64,000 nt of DNA from Lingula anatina (Eukaryota; Animalia; Brachiopoda), in NCBI GenBank assembly GCA_051362555.1, contig CM120648.1:16302587-16366586 (forward strand). The letters run 5' to 3'. Positions 33,512 to 46,120 of the stretch are shown in pieces. Each line of letters starts with the position of its first letter. Position 1 is the stretch's first letter. The translations under genes were made by a program, and so were the position numbers. The notes beneath the pieces are model-generated. The model was not told the origin of the DNA and did not search any database. It saw nothing but the letters and a program-made list of their open reading frames with translations.

Positions 33512-34621
33512 ATGGATGCGACTGAGATGTCGGTCAACAGTAGCTCATATCTTCAAAAAGAAGAAAATGAGGAGGACTTTCCTGATTTGGATTTCATCAA
33601 TCTGTTTTATTTTGCTGCTGGTGGCATTGCGGTTTCTGTGGTTTGTGTGGTCGGGCTTATTCTCAATTTCCTTTCAGTGGTTGTATTTTCACGTTTCAAG
33701 AAACGGAGCCCGACTGTTTTCCTGTTGATATGCTTGGCAGTGGCCGATAACACCCATCTTTTAATGACGCTCTTTGAATTCAGTTTCCCGGCCATGTACC
33801 CCTATACTTCTTCTTCAGGATGAAACACTACCGGCTTCTGTATGGGTTGAAAATTTCCATCTTCATGATTCCACCCTGGTTAATAGTGCTCGTAACGTTC
33901 GACCGTTATCTACACCTTTGTTCTGAGAACGCCCTTCGAAGTGGAGCAACGGCAAGCATTAAAGTTTGGGCGTTAAGAGTTGGTGGCGTCGTGATTTTTG
34001 CCTTTCTCACCGATGTTCCAAGGTATTTCTTTGGTTCTATGCCTGAGCGATATTGTCCCTTGAACACGACGTCTCCGATTTTCTGTCTTGGCGCCCCGAT
34101 TCCGGTTTCAGAATTCAGTTTCAAACACATTTTTTTCTTACGTTTTTGTGCAGTTCTTGGTTCCTTTCATAATTGTCTTGATCCTGAATGTGAAGATGGC
34201 TCACCACATGAGGGTACTTGCCAAGAATCCGACCATGATTGCTATGCGCAAGTTGGGTGTCCATCGTACTTTGATCAAGATGACCTTGGTTATCGCCCTT
34301 ACCACTTTGGCCGTCTCCTTAACTATGACTCTGTCTAGTCTCTGTGGAATTTTTGGGAACCACCGCTTTGGTGAACTGCGAGACATGGTGTTTGTATTCC
34401 CAGTTATAGTTTTGTTTAGTGTACTAAGCTCATGCATTAATTTCTTCATTTACGGTCTCTTTGGAAAAGAGTTCAGGACAACTTTGAAGTCGTTATGTTG
34501 CCATCAAAAGCTGGAAATAGAAGGACAAGCTGCTCACGCTGTGGCAGAACGCAACAGAAATGCAGAGCCAGAAGGGCCATACCCAGGATTGTCAGCTACC
34601 TCCACCATAGTTTCTGCTTGA
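33512..34621 (+). pseudogene. GPCR copy 3, pseudogene
   Basis: Frameshifting deletion near 33808 removes GWFKN; a second frameshift lies near 34117-34127. Otherwise colinear with the intact copy. Confidence 0.85.
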
Positions 34622-34686
34622 GCAGGAAAGACGAGACCTTCATTACAAGGTAAATGATCAATATTTGTTTGCGTTTGACATTTTTC

Positions 34687-34720
<34 letters not shown>

Positions 34721-35571
34721 GTTGTTGTTGTTGTTGTTAAATAGTTGAAGCTAAGCAGACATATTCTGAGGTATTCTAAACCCCTACACTCATTCAAGAC
34801 CGCAGATGAATAATGTTCAACAGTGGAGAAATGTGCCATGAATTAGTCAGAGTCTTATCTTTGGGTATCGTGTTTTAATATCATTTGTGTCCCAGGTAGA
34901 GAGTCCTTATTAACCGTCAAGCCATTCAATCTGTAAGAAGGAACAGTGCAGATAAGTAGCTTTTTAAACGTTAAATTGATACGTACAGTGTTGGGTAAGA
35001 TTTTAGATAAACACATTAGGAGGTTAACTGTCTCATTTTTTCTCATTTTTTATCATCCCCTAACATATCAATAACACGATCTTATAACCGCAAATTCCCT
35101 GTTTTTGTGGTTAAAATTGGTGAAATCTTTGAGGATTTTTAAAACTTTCACCTTCTTATTTTCCTAGATATGATTTATTCTGTATCACTTGTTGTTTTAT
35201 TTCTAAACAGAATCCTTATTGGGACATGCGGTAAACGCAATCAAAATACATAACACAGCGAATGACAAGTGAGTCTTGAATTTGACTGGTCGATTTTCAA
35301 TCCCCCACCACATTACAAATTAATAGTATCGACTCTGAAGAAACTTGAGATTGTGACCGGTTGTGATTGTGATATGTCATAAACACAGGGTGCCGCCATG
35401 ATGGAAGTCTTGCGTCAGTGTCAAAATGGTAGGATTGCGTACGAACAGGTCTGGAAAATATTGGATTTGTTTAATAAGCACAGAATTGTTTGTCAAGACA
35501 AATAACCGTGCACGCACGGCGATTTGGAGCTTGCGTATACCATCTGACATGGCAATTTATGTAACTGACAG

Positions 35572-35745
35572 GTCACAAGATATAACAATCACTTTATGTA
35601 AATTACAAGTCACAAGATATTACAATCACTTTATGTAAATTACAAGTCACAAGATATTACAATCACTTTATGTAAATTACAAGTCACAAGATATTACAAT
35701 CACTTTATGTAAATTACAAGTCACAAGATATTACAATCAATTTAT
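35572..35745. repeat. 37-bp minisatellite (~4.7 copies)
   Basis: CAAGATATTACAATCACTTTATGTAAATTACAAGTCA starts at 35576, 35613, 35650, 35687 and 35724. Confidence 0.9.
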
Positions 35746-36915
35746 CTACACTCAAATTGCATACACCTGGCAAACTGAAGTAAATGTTGGCACAACTACT
35801 TAATAAACAGAAAGGATTATTACATTGATCTTGACGGCCTTTCTCTGTCAAAGATTCATGAAATTCACAAATTGCGAGTCGAACCGCTTGATTGACATAT
35901 TACAAGTAGAGGAAACCTAGCAATGAAGCAATGAAAACATAAATGAGCTCGAGTTAACATGCAGTGAAATTGAAAATTGCAAAAAACACTACTTTAATAG
36001 AGTATAACCATAAACACGATATAAATATGTAAAAAAGGAACACTTTTATACTCTGAAATAACTCCTCGCGTAATTAAATAATAGATGCACACAGCAGAAG
36101 CAATGGGAAACTAAGTGTAAGATCCCCTTAAGCAATCACAAAAGTACTAAGATGGCCTGCCTGCTTTGCTTGTCGTTACAGCTGCCCTGATTCTGATTTT
36201 CAGTGAAATTAACCCAAATACAATCTTACTTCCAACATATACATATTTCACCAGACAAGAGCCTTTTCAAGGCATTTTGAAAAAGCAACACTTCCGTGAC
36301 AAAAGTTACATGTGTTGGGGGATTGGACGTGCGGCCATTTACGACACTGAATTTATAATCCCTGTATTTGAATAAAGACCCTTGAACAAATTCTGACTGT
36401 TTAGTTTCACAAGAAGTCTCAAGGGTTTTCTTTTCCTTGTCTTAACAAAAAGTGCTTTGAGCAAATCATGCTTGCCTTGCTGCATGGGTATTTCAGCTCC
36501 TTGAATTGGACGAAGATAATTACGCGCAGTATATTTGCCTTAACTACCGGTGTGGATAACACTGAGCTGCGGCGGTATATATGTAGCGTTACAGTGAGGA
36601 ATTTCAATGTTTAGTTGGTTCTTTGTAATTTTGCAATTTTGTCTGCTCTTTATTTGATGTCAAAAAGTTCGGTTTCACAATTATTAATATTTTCATCAAA
36701 AACTGTCCTCAAGTGTTTAATTTCAATTTTTATTCTTAATTATATATTCCGATATTCCCTGCGATAATATGTGCATATCAATTTCGTCATCAATTTATAA
36801 TTGACCTCACTTACCTTCTTTCTTCTCTCCTACATTATACATCCTCGTAAATAAACCATCCATGGATTGCCCTGCACCTATTTTATTATGATTTCCCCAC
36901 AAAAAAATGTAGTAT

Positions 36916-36960
<45 letters not shown>

Positions 36961-39149
36961 ATATGTATCACTGATATTAGGGTTACTTTCGAATCCCCGT
37001 CTTCTTTACTTATTTGCTCGTTTGTTATTTTATTTGATTAATTTTATCATTATTTTTACCTCTAGTATTGTCTTAATTTCATACTTTCATATACAACATA
37101 GCAATTTAGGGGGTATATATACTGTCGATTTCTTTTACCTTCGATACCATTTCTCTTTGATTCACACCGTATGTAATAAAACCACGAATTTTCTTCCATC
37201 ACATTTAGATGTTTCGGATTATTACCAAGCTGAAAAATATTTTATAACAACAAAAATGTCATGCAACGTTACAATTTAAGTGACTTTTTGTTCGGGTTTC
37301 AACCATAAATATTTTGATCTATCAATTTTGGGCTTCAAGCCAGATGCTTTGAAATGCTGATCTGGTATATTAACCGATTACCGCAAATATTAATTTGTAC
37401 CAACGTACACATATATATTATTTCTAAGTCATCTCAAGCATTATCTAATCCCTGTACTTACACTAAGACTTTTGAGCAAATTCTGATTGCGTTGTTACAC
37501 AAGAAGTCTCAAGGGTTTTGTTTTTCCTGTCTTTACAAAAGGTGCCTTGAGAAAATCATGTTTGTCTTGCTGCCCCCATAGTTATTACCTCACCCTGCTC
37601 CTTATACGATATATAACATTTTTGACCTTTAATAATTTAGATAGATAAAACAAATTAATAAATAGATAAATTAATTAATGAATAATGCTACCCAAAGTGA
37701 GAATTAGTTCGAGTTGTTATTAAATGAAAGTTTGAATGCTATCGGGGATTTTTTTTTTTTTATCACAGGTCTTTCTTTCCCACCACCAACCCTCTCCCAA
37801 TATAAAAATGACCGGCCCCTAATATTACCCCCTGTGCTGTTTCAAGATCAATAAAAACATTAAATGTGACTTAATTATTTTTTTTTCTAATAACACCAAT
37901 TTATCTAAACCCTGGCAAATTTGCCCTGGTTGTGAAAGCGGCCTATAACTGATTGTTCCCAAAGGGTGTAACGACCGTTGGGTTTCATTTGAATAAGATG
38001 CCTGGTGAGAAAATACCGATTACCGCAAAGTTTCATTTATACCATTGAACACATATATTGTTTCAAAGGAATCTCAAGCATAATCTTATCCCTGTACTTA
38101 AACAAAGACTTTTGAGCAAAATCAGATTGTGTGCTTTCTCAAGAAGTCTCAAGGGTTTTGTTTTTCTGTCTTTAATAAAGGTGCCTTGAGCAAATCATGC
38201 TTGTCTTGCTGCCCTCATAGTTATTACCTCACCCTGCTCCTTATACGATATATAACATTTTTGACCTTTAATGACTAAGTTAGATACAATAATAAATAAA
38301 AAAAATAAATAAATAATGCTACCCAAATTGAGAATTAGTTCAAATTGTTGTTAAATAAAAGTTTGAATGCTGTCGGGGAGGGGTTTGTATATTGGATCAC
38401 ATGCCTTTTCTTTTCCACCATCAGCCTTCTCCTTACTTTAATAATGACCGACCCCTAATATGTGCTGATTCAAGATACCATGTGCTGTTTCAAGATCAAT
38501 AAACGCATTGAATGTGACTTAATTATTTTTTTCCTAATCACACCAATATATCTAAACCCTGGCACATACATTTGCCTTGGTTGCTAAAGCGGCCTATTAC
38601 TAATTCTTCCCACGTCCGTTGAGTTTCATTTGAATAAAAAGCCTGGTGAGAAAATACGCTTAATAATCCTCTACTGACTACCTATCAAAGTACTGTCTTC
38701 CTCTTATTTTCAAAACCTTATTATTAGGCAATTCAACTGCCTCTCATGAGCTGGGTCAATGAAGGCCAAGAAAGACTTATGTTTGGATGAGTGTCACAGT
38801 AAACGGTAGACCTACAAAAGTCCACTCGATCACAAAACCCAAGTTATAAACAAGAGAAGACATTCTCTGGGGCAAAATCGTATATGAAGGCGTGGGCTTG
38901 TACAGTTTGTATATTCTTGCAAAATGTGTGACGTATTTTAATCAAAATTAGTTGTCAATGGAAACTGTTAGACTTCTCGCACATCCACTCCAACGGGCAC
39001 GGGTTGAATCAAAAGATGTCAAACGTCAGTCATCTAACAGTATAAATACATGTCTCACTTAGTAAGACACGCATTGAGACTGCTTCAGATTGTATACAAC
39101 TTTGCGGCCATTTCCTACACTCTGCAATTTTCTTTAAGTTTAAAAAGGC

Positions 39150-40277
39150 ATGAATGCGACTGACATGTCGGTCAACGGTAGTTCAAATCTTGAAACAGAG
39201 GAAAAGGAAGAGGACTTTCCTGATTTGGATTTCATCAATCTGTTTTATTTCGCTGTTGGTGGCATTGCGGTTTCTGTCGTTTGTGTGGTCGGGCTTATTC
39301 TCAATTTTCTTTCAGTGGTTGTATTTTCACATTTCAAGAAACGGAGCCCGACTGTTTTCTTGTTGATATGCCTGGCAGTGGCCGATAACATTCATATTTC
39401 AACAGCGATCTTTAACTTCAGTATCCCGGCCATGTACCCGTATACTGGGTGGTTCAAAAACGTCTTTTTCTTCCGGATGAAACACTACCGGCTTCTGTAT
39501 GGGTTGAAATATTCCATCTCTTTGATTCCACCCTGGTTAGTAGTGCTCGTAACTTTCGACCGTTATTTGCACCTTTGCTCTGAGAACGCTCTTCGAAGTG
39601 GTGCAACAGCTAGTATTAAAGTTTGGGCGTTAAGAGTAGGTGGCGTCGTGATTTTTGCCTTTCTCAATGATGTTCCACGGTATTTCTTTGGGTCTATGCC
39701 TGAGCGATATTGTCCCTTGAACACGACGTCTCCGATTTTCTGTCTTGGTGCCCCTAGTCCGGTTTCGGAATTCCACAAAATGTATACGTTTTTTTCTTTC
39801 GCTTTTGTGCAGTTCTTGGTTCCTTTCATAATTGTCTTGACCCTGAATGTGAAAATGGCCCACCACATGAGGGTTCTTGCCAAGAATCCGACCATGATTG
39901 CCATGAACAAGTTGAGCGTTCATCGTACTTTGATAAAAATGACCTTGGTCATCGCCCTTACCACTTTGGCCGCCTCTTTAACTGTGGCTCTGTCTAGTCT
40001 CTTTGGACTTTTTGGGAACCAGCGCAGTGGTCAACTGCGAGACATGGTGTTTGTATTCCCAGTTATAATTCTGTTCAGCACACTTAGCTCATGCATAAAT
40101 TTCTTCATTTACGGTCTCTTTGGAAAACAGTTCAGGAGCACTTTGAAGTCGTTATGTTGCCACCGAAAGCCGAAAAAAGGACAAGCTGCTCATGCTGTGG
40201 CAGAACGCGACAGAAATGCAGAGCCAGAAGGGTCAAAGCCAGGTGTGCCAGCTATCTCCACCATAGGTTCTGCTTGA
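39150..40277 (+). CDS. Intact intronless class A GPCR, copy 4 (FMRFamide-receptor-like/Srw-like orphan, 375 aa)
   Basis: Seven hydrophobic segments; N-glycosylation sequons NAT/NGS; GLILN (TM1), LAVAD (TM2), FDRY (TM3), NDVPRYF (TM4), FLVPFIIVLTLN (TM5), SSCINFFIY (TM7), helix 8 KQFR...LCC. Confidence 0.92.
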   Translation: MNATDMSVNGSSNLETEEKEEDFPDLDFINLFYFAVGGIAVSVVCVVGLILNFLSVVVFSHFKKRSPTVFLLICLAVADNIHISTAIFNFSIPAMYPYTGWFKNVFFFRMKHYRLLYGLKYSISLIPPWLVVLVTFDRYLHLCSENALRSGATASIKVWALRVGGVVIFAFLNDVPRYFFGSMPERYCPLNTTSPIFCLGAPSPVSEFHKMYTFFSFAFVQFLVPFIIVLTLNVKMAHHMRVLAKNPTMIAMNKLSVHRTLIKMTLVIALTTLAASLTVALSSLFGLFGNQRSGQLRDMVFVFPVIILFSTLSSCINFFIYGLFGKQFRSTLKSLCCHRKPKKGQAAHAVAERDRNAEPEGSKPGVPAISTIGSA

Positions 40278-41649
40278 GCATGAGAGACGGGTCTCCAGTA
40301 GCAAGGTAGATTATCATTAGTTAATATGTGTGTTTGCCTTTTAAAAATGATCCTCTCATTGTTATTACAATTTTATTGCACAATTTGCAGAGCCCAGCCT
40401 AGCAAACAATGATTGTAATATTGTGTTCAGTATTGAACACATTTTGGGAATAGAACGTAGTGGTTAGGGTCACAGCATAGTGTCTGCTCTGCCGTCTTAA
40501 CTACATAAAGTAAGCGTCAAGGGCATGAACTATTTTTTTTTATTTTGGTAAAATGTACATGCTCCTTTGGTAGTGTTTGTTTTGAAACTTTTAAGCTTAT
40601 TCGTATTTCGACTTAACTTCATTTCGTGTATTTTGGCGACGTTGCCAAATTGTTTTAAAAAGAATTCACGGGATGGCTTTGCTTATTAATAAGGCAGATT
40701 CCTTTAAGATTCAGTATGATCGTATTATCTTTTTTTTTTTTCCAAATTATCCGTTTCTTGGCGGCATTCGTCTCACAAGCAAACCACCAAACCTTATTTT
40801 TGTTTTATTCTAATTTTGGGATTTTTATGTCTCAAAATCAAATCAAAATTATATTTGACCTTTTTATACGTTACTGGAAGTTGTTTCTTGTAATAATGTG
40901 ACGTTTCATTATGTTAGTCTCTCAAATTATCGATGTACATCTCACTAACCAGACGCATTTGTCTTGCTAAGTCTTATAAGAAAGATATTTTCTCCTGCAG
41001 TTACTATACACATATCTTTAGGACACTACAAGTGCGTGCTTTTCAAGTATAAGTAATGATGGTTGGTCAGAGTTCCACATGAAATTATAGAGCGTTCAAC
41101 CGATGGAACTTAACTGAGATATTCTGAGATGTTCTAAATCACTAGGTCATTTTAATCAATAAGAAGTAACCGTGTTAGTGCAGATAAGTAGGTTTCTAAA
41201 CTTTAAACCAAGGATTAGGTTTTAGTTAAATCAATTAGGGAGTTGGCTGTAACACAGCTTTTCCAACGTTTTTCCACCCCATAAGATATCAAGGATGAAA
41301 TGCTATAACGGCATGTCCTTGTTTTTTGAGGTGACTATTGTTGAAATGTTAAAAAAATTAAACAATATTGACATCTTACTTGTGTTGATATTGAATAATC
41401 TGTTTTATTAAATTTTTTAATTTAATATCGAAATGTGGGCCAGCTCAACGACATTGGATATGATGTGTATGTTGTTAAGTTAATGTCTTACACCTTCACT
41501 CATTGCAGGTAATAAGTAAAGAGGAATTACATGAGTAAAAGAATAGGGAGTTTTTTATTGTAAATTTCATTTCTTTAAGAGTCAACAAGTGTAGGAATTG
41601 CTTTCATGGTAGGAAAAGACATGTCTAAGTTCCATGTAGTTCGATATGA

Positions 41650-42430
41650 TTGGTTAATTTCTCAATAGATTTGGAAGGTTCTGAAGCATGTTTGAACAAA
41701 TCACATATATCAGACGACATCTCAGGACAAGTATTTGACGGTAACTCTAAAAAGACTGGCAACAGATCAGATACGTGTGGAATGCTTCTGGCAATTATAG
41801 GAAAGAGGAAGAAAACAGGTCGTTTGTCAAAATGTCAAGATTACCAGTCATTAGTTTCAAAAGAGGAAATGTTCAAACTCCAACGTGAATATAAGTACCT
41901 TGCGTTAATTATCTCGTACTTAACAACAGATGAACTTCCACTTAGTAACAAAGAAGCCCAGAGCTGGTTGTAAAAGATAGGAGATAAAGTGATAATTAAT
42001 TTTTTTATATTATGTTCTCAAAGGAAGAAAATCACCCCACCTAGAAGGATATTTGCAATATGTTATTCCAGACTAGTTGAAGTTTTGCCTAGTTTGCGAG
42101 CCGATATTACAGTCATACAGGGTTAGTCAAAATACATAGTTAGCATTACGTGTACGATGTACTTTTGGAAAGGTCAATTGGAAGCTATTATTATGTGCGT
42201 TCATGTACTGAATTTTCAACAAGAAAAGTTTCTACAAAATGAGACTGAAGAAGAGGTGACTTTGTCTCAGGCCATAGGTGAATTATTTCAAGTAGGAAAG
42301 GTATAATGAGGTCGAGACAGATTAAAAGACAAGCACAATATCTTATTTAATGGAAATGGATTCCCTTATAGTTGGAATAATTGGGATCCAATTGAAAACC
42401 TGAACGAGGCGACATTGAAGCGAATTATAT
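41650..42430 (+). pseudogene. Decayed Gypsy-like pol fragment ending in a chromodomain
   Basis: LQREYKYLALIISYLTTDELP (RH-IN linker-like) and a YRV...VHV GPY/F-like relic. Across two frameshifts: FQVGK-IMRSRQIKRQAQYLI*WK-GFPYSWNNWDPIENL (~42286-42402). Confidence 0.6.
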
Positions 42431-45248
42431 AAGAGTGTCAGGAAAGAAAAAATATTAAGAGGTGTGTCAGTAAAAGACTACACCTGATTAAGTATTGATG
42501 TACAGACGCAACTGAAATTGATACGTCATAAGACGGAGCAAAACTCGGCTAGTACAAGTGACGAAGTCAAATTGTCATTTGGATGGAGTTATGATTTGTA
42601 TGTCGACTCCATCCTAGTAATGACGTCGATACACTGTCATTGGGATTTTAAAAGATGCTAAAAATTTCACTGTCATTCACATTTGTTTTTAAACATATGC
42701 GTAAAGGCTTTTCCAGAATGATACAATGTGGGTTCAGCAGTCATATGACTTAACCTAACCGAACATGACAGATCAGAAACCGCATATCGTTCAAATAAGT
42801 AACGGTGAGTATTGATTTTAAGAAATAATGTAAATTGGTTGTACACAGCGTTATCAAACGTACCACCTATACAAAAAACAGCATGTAAAATTTGTTTGGT
42901 GAATATATCTTGTCTGTCTTGATATTTTCTTATATCTGATACTTTAAATAAATGTAAACATTCATCTTTCGATATGTCATTAATTCATTTAGTAAATGAA
43001 CTAATGTTAACATTTTATGCACCTATTGACCTTTAAAATCTTACAGGTTGCGGAATATTTGAAGAGATGCCTACAACTGAGATATCTCACTTCGCTGTAG
43101 AAGATTCGTGATAGGACGGAAGTGTGAGCAATTAGAATTATTTTGTTGATTGATTTGAACAAGTTGCTACACTCATTAATATTAATGAAATCGTTTATTC
43201 TCCTAGGTTAGCCAAGCAGTTAATGAACATTTTCTTGTTTTTCTACTCTTTTAATTTCATAAACCATTATAATGATTTTTTCTCTTTTATTTCTTTTACA
43301 GGATACGACACTTAAATAATATTCACTTTAATTTCAGGATACGCTACTTTTGCACTTTGTTTCAGTTTAGGGCTCTTCAACTTACAATCTAAATCATTTC
43401 ATATGATGCATCATAATTCTGTTCATAAGAATGCCTGTTCTATTTCGCCCACTACCCCCTTGCAATGTCAAATGCCGTGGACAGTGCACATATGCATGCA
43501 CCATGATGTTGACAAGCAAACATTAATAATATTATGACTCATCTACTAAATTAAAAGTACTTTCAATTATATTACATTTTTCGAGTTGCAAAGAATAGAA
43601 TAATGAATTTTGTGAATTTATTCTCGATAAATTACTTAAATGAAAGTCCTAATCTCTGGTATTCAACGATCGTCTTAAAAATGATTTGTCAGTTGATAAT
43701 GTGGTTATATTGGTAATTAAAGGTTGAGTAGTACTAATGGCATTATGATAAATGGTCTTAAGTGGATAGTATTTGGTAAGCTTTGAGTGATAATATGGTT
43801 TAAATTTGACGGCCATAGTTACGGATATAAATATATATGTTGTTCAGGTGGAAAATGATGCGCATGACGTCATATATATATACTATTATCTGGGACGCCA
43901 GATTGAGTTATTATTATTTTCATTATAATTTTAAATACTGTTATTGGAAATATGATCATATCATTAGCATGATTACATATATGTATTGCTGTTATTATGA
44001 TATTCTGCACATTAAATATCATGGCAAATCAAAACGTTACCTGATATACATAACTGTATTGATTTATGAAGATAACTGCCAAGATAGTTTAAGTTTTTCT
44101 TCTACATGCATTTCTGCATCATTTGCATTGCATATATGCATAAACGCTGAACATTGGACATTCATGGATATACAGGAAACTGTGAACAATTATCTATGTG
44201 TGCGCCAAAGTACGTGAATAAGACATGTATCCATTCACAATGAATGGCAGATGACAACTCACTGCCTGGAAGGACTAATTTAACATTAACTGAGCTCTCG
44301 TGCTACAATTCCAAATGGAGATTGCAATGGACCGTACCAAATGGAAATTATTCATTTGTGGGAAAATGAACTTTAAATTGGATTAACTTTGCGTTAAATG
44401 TTATTGAATGTGGTTACAATGACACATTGAGTATTGTGTATTGAATATTAAATGCGTGAAGTATTTATTAATATATCTATATTCAGTTTATCGATCTTAT
44501 AACTATTGGTTATCAATATTTAGCCAGATGGTTATTGGTATATACTAACAGTGTATGTTATTTTTTGTAACGATGATGACATGAAACTGATGATATAGAC
44601 ATCAAAGGAGATTCCGACATTTTTTAACTGAATTATTTCTCAGTATAATTTTATAGATTTGTGGATTAAACTTGTTATAAACAATTGTTTCTCTATTAGT
44701 CATCACAGAGGAGCGCTACAGTGTGGATAAATATGAAGATGGACAAGTACTTCATCATGAACGATGCGCTGGTCGCAACGTTGTGGTGAATACCATTCAT
44801 TGGACAGGGCATGATCGACCCTATTGCCTCACGTAGTGCATTCCCACTACATCTAAAATGACAACCTAAAGAGAGAAACCGTATAAGAAAATGTGTCAGA
44901 GCCATAATAAGAGAGTAACAGATTCAATATCTGCGCGGTGGAAAAGAAACAAAAAGTATCTGTACTCTTGGGCCACACATGGAAAAGTATAAACGAAAAT
45001 CCACGAACAATCGTATTTTTCCTAAAAAGTTATCAGTCTATCTTCCTTTGAGTTATATTTCTGGTTTCATGTCATATGTGTTTCTGTTTTATTTTCTGTT
45101 AGTTTTTATATATAATTAATTTACTTAGCTATATTCTTGCATGACTTTCTGAAAAAAAAAATGAAGTGTTTAAGAAAGATTATTTAAATATATATTTTAC
45201 TTTTCTTTTAATATGCCTAGGGACAGGCATATCGTTCCAGGGAGATAA

Positions 45249-45643
45249 TGTAATGTAATTAATTGACAACCACGACTGAAGTGTTTTGTAAGTAACTGAG
45301 TTGTTTTACATGACCTCGTCTTACTCAAGCGGAGAATGTAATGTAAACGGTGGAGAGCAATTTAAGAGGTTGAAGGGAGAGGAAGATATTTTAGAGGTAA
45401 TTGGGAAGTGGCAATAAAGAATTTGAAGGAACATGATAGTTGTTGAGTTTTTACCTCGCGTAATCAGAAAGATAAAGTCAATACCATCGAGTCACATGTA
45501 ATCACGCAAAATACAATGGAGAGAAAACAAGTAAATGCATGATCAGTAAGGATAAATAAAGTATAAATACTTGTGAATTTGTATGTAAAAGACTGTGAAT
45601 AAACGCTCAAAAGCTCCAGACCGTCGTTATCGTCACTATAACA
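45249..45643 (+). mobile_element. Possible 3' LTR of the decayed Gypsy-like element
   Basis: TGT...ACA ends, purine-rich AGGGAGATAA just 5', AATAAA near 45598. No matching second LTR found. Confidence 0.3.
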
Positions 45644-45937
45644 AGCCTATGCAATTTAGGAAAAATTTCCTACTAAATTCAGATTGCAGTTTACTTTACG
45701 AATTTCAAAGCCATGAAGCGCCGTGTAATTTGAAAGAGAAGTTTATTGTGTAGTTGACCTTGAGAGAAGTATGCAAGGGACGCTCACGGAGTGGAAGTCT
45801 TTCATGGTGCCAATTCAGGCAACGTTTTTTTTTTCTGCATTGATAACCTAGAAAGCCCTCCAAGTGGGTAGACCCCCGCTAAGACGAAATGCACATATAT
45901 ACAACATTGGTCAAAAAGGTTGTCCCACCTTCAGTAT

Positions 45938-46120
45938 CAGGCCCCTTACCGGGGGGGGGGGGGGGGGGGGTTCGGGGGTTCGAAGAACCGCCCCTTTTGT
46001 CAGGAAAAGGTTCATTTTGGGTATATTTTATCTAGGTAGACATAAGTTTCATTGTAAAAGGTCCACTTTTTCTGAAAATGAACCCCCCCCCCCCTTTTGA
46101 ATTTGCTTGCTACGGGCCTG
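45938..46120. mobile_element. Short G/C-run MITE
   Basis: CAGGCCC.../...GGGCCTG termini, poly-G and poly-C arms, AGTAT direct repeat on both sides (45933-37, 46121-25). Confidence 0.6.

Noticed and set aside
43837-44217. 126-aa Tyr/Ile-rich ORF as an env gene
   Set aside because: No signal peptide, furin site or TM pattern that I can support; composition is consistent with decayed AT-rich DNA.
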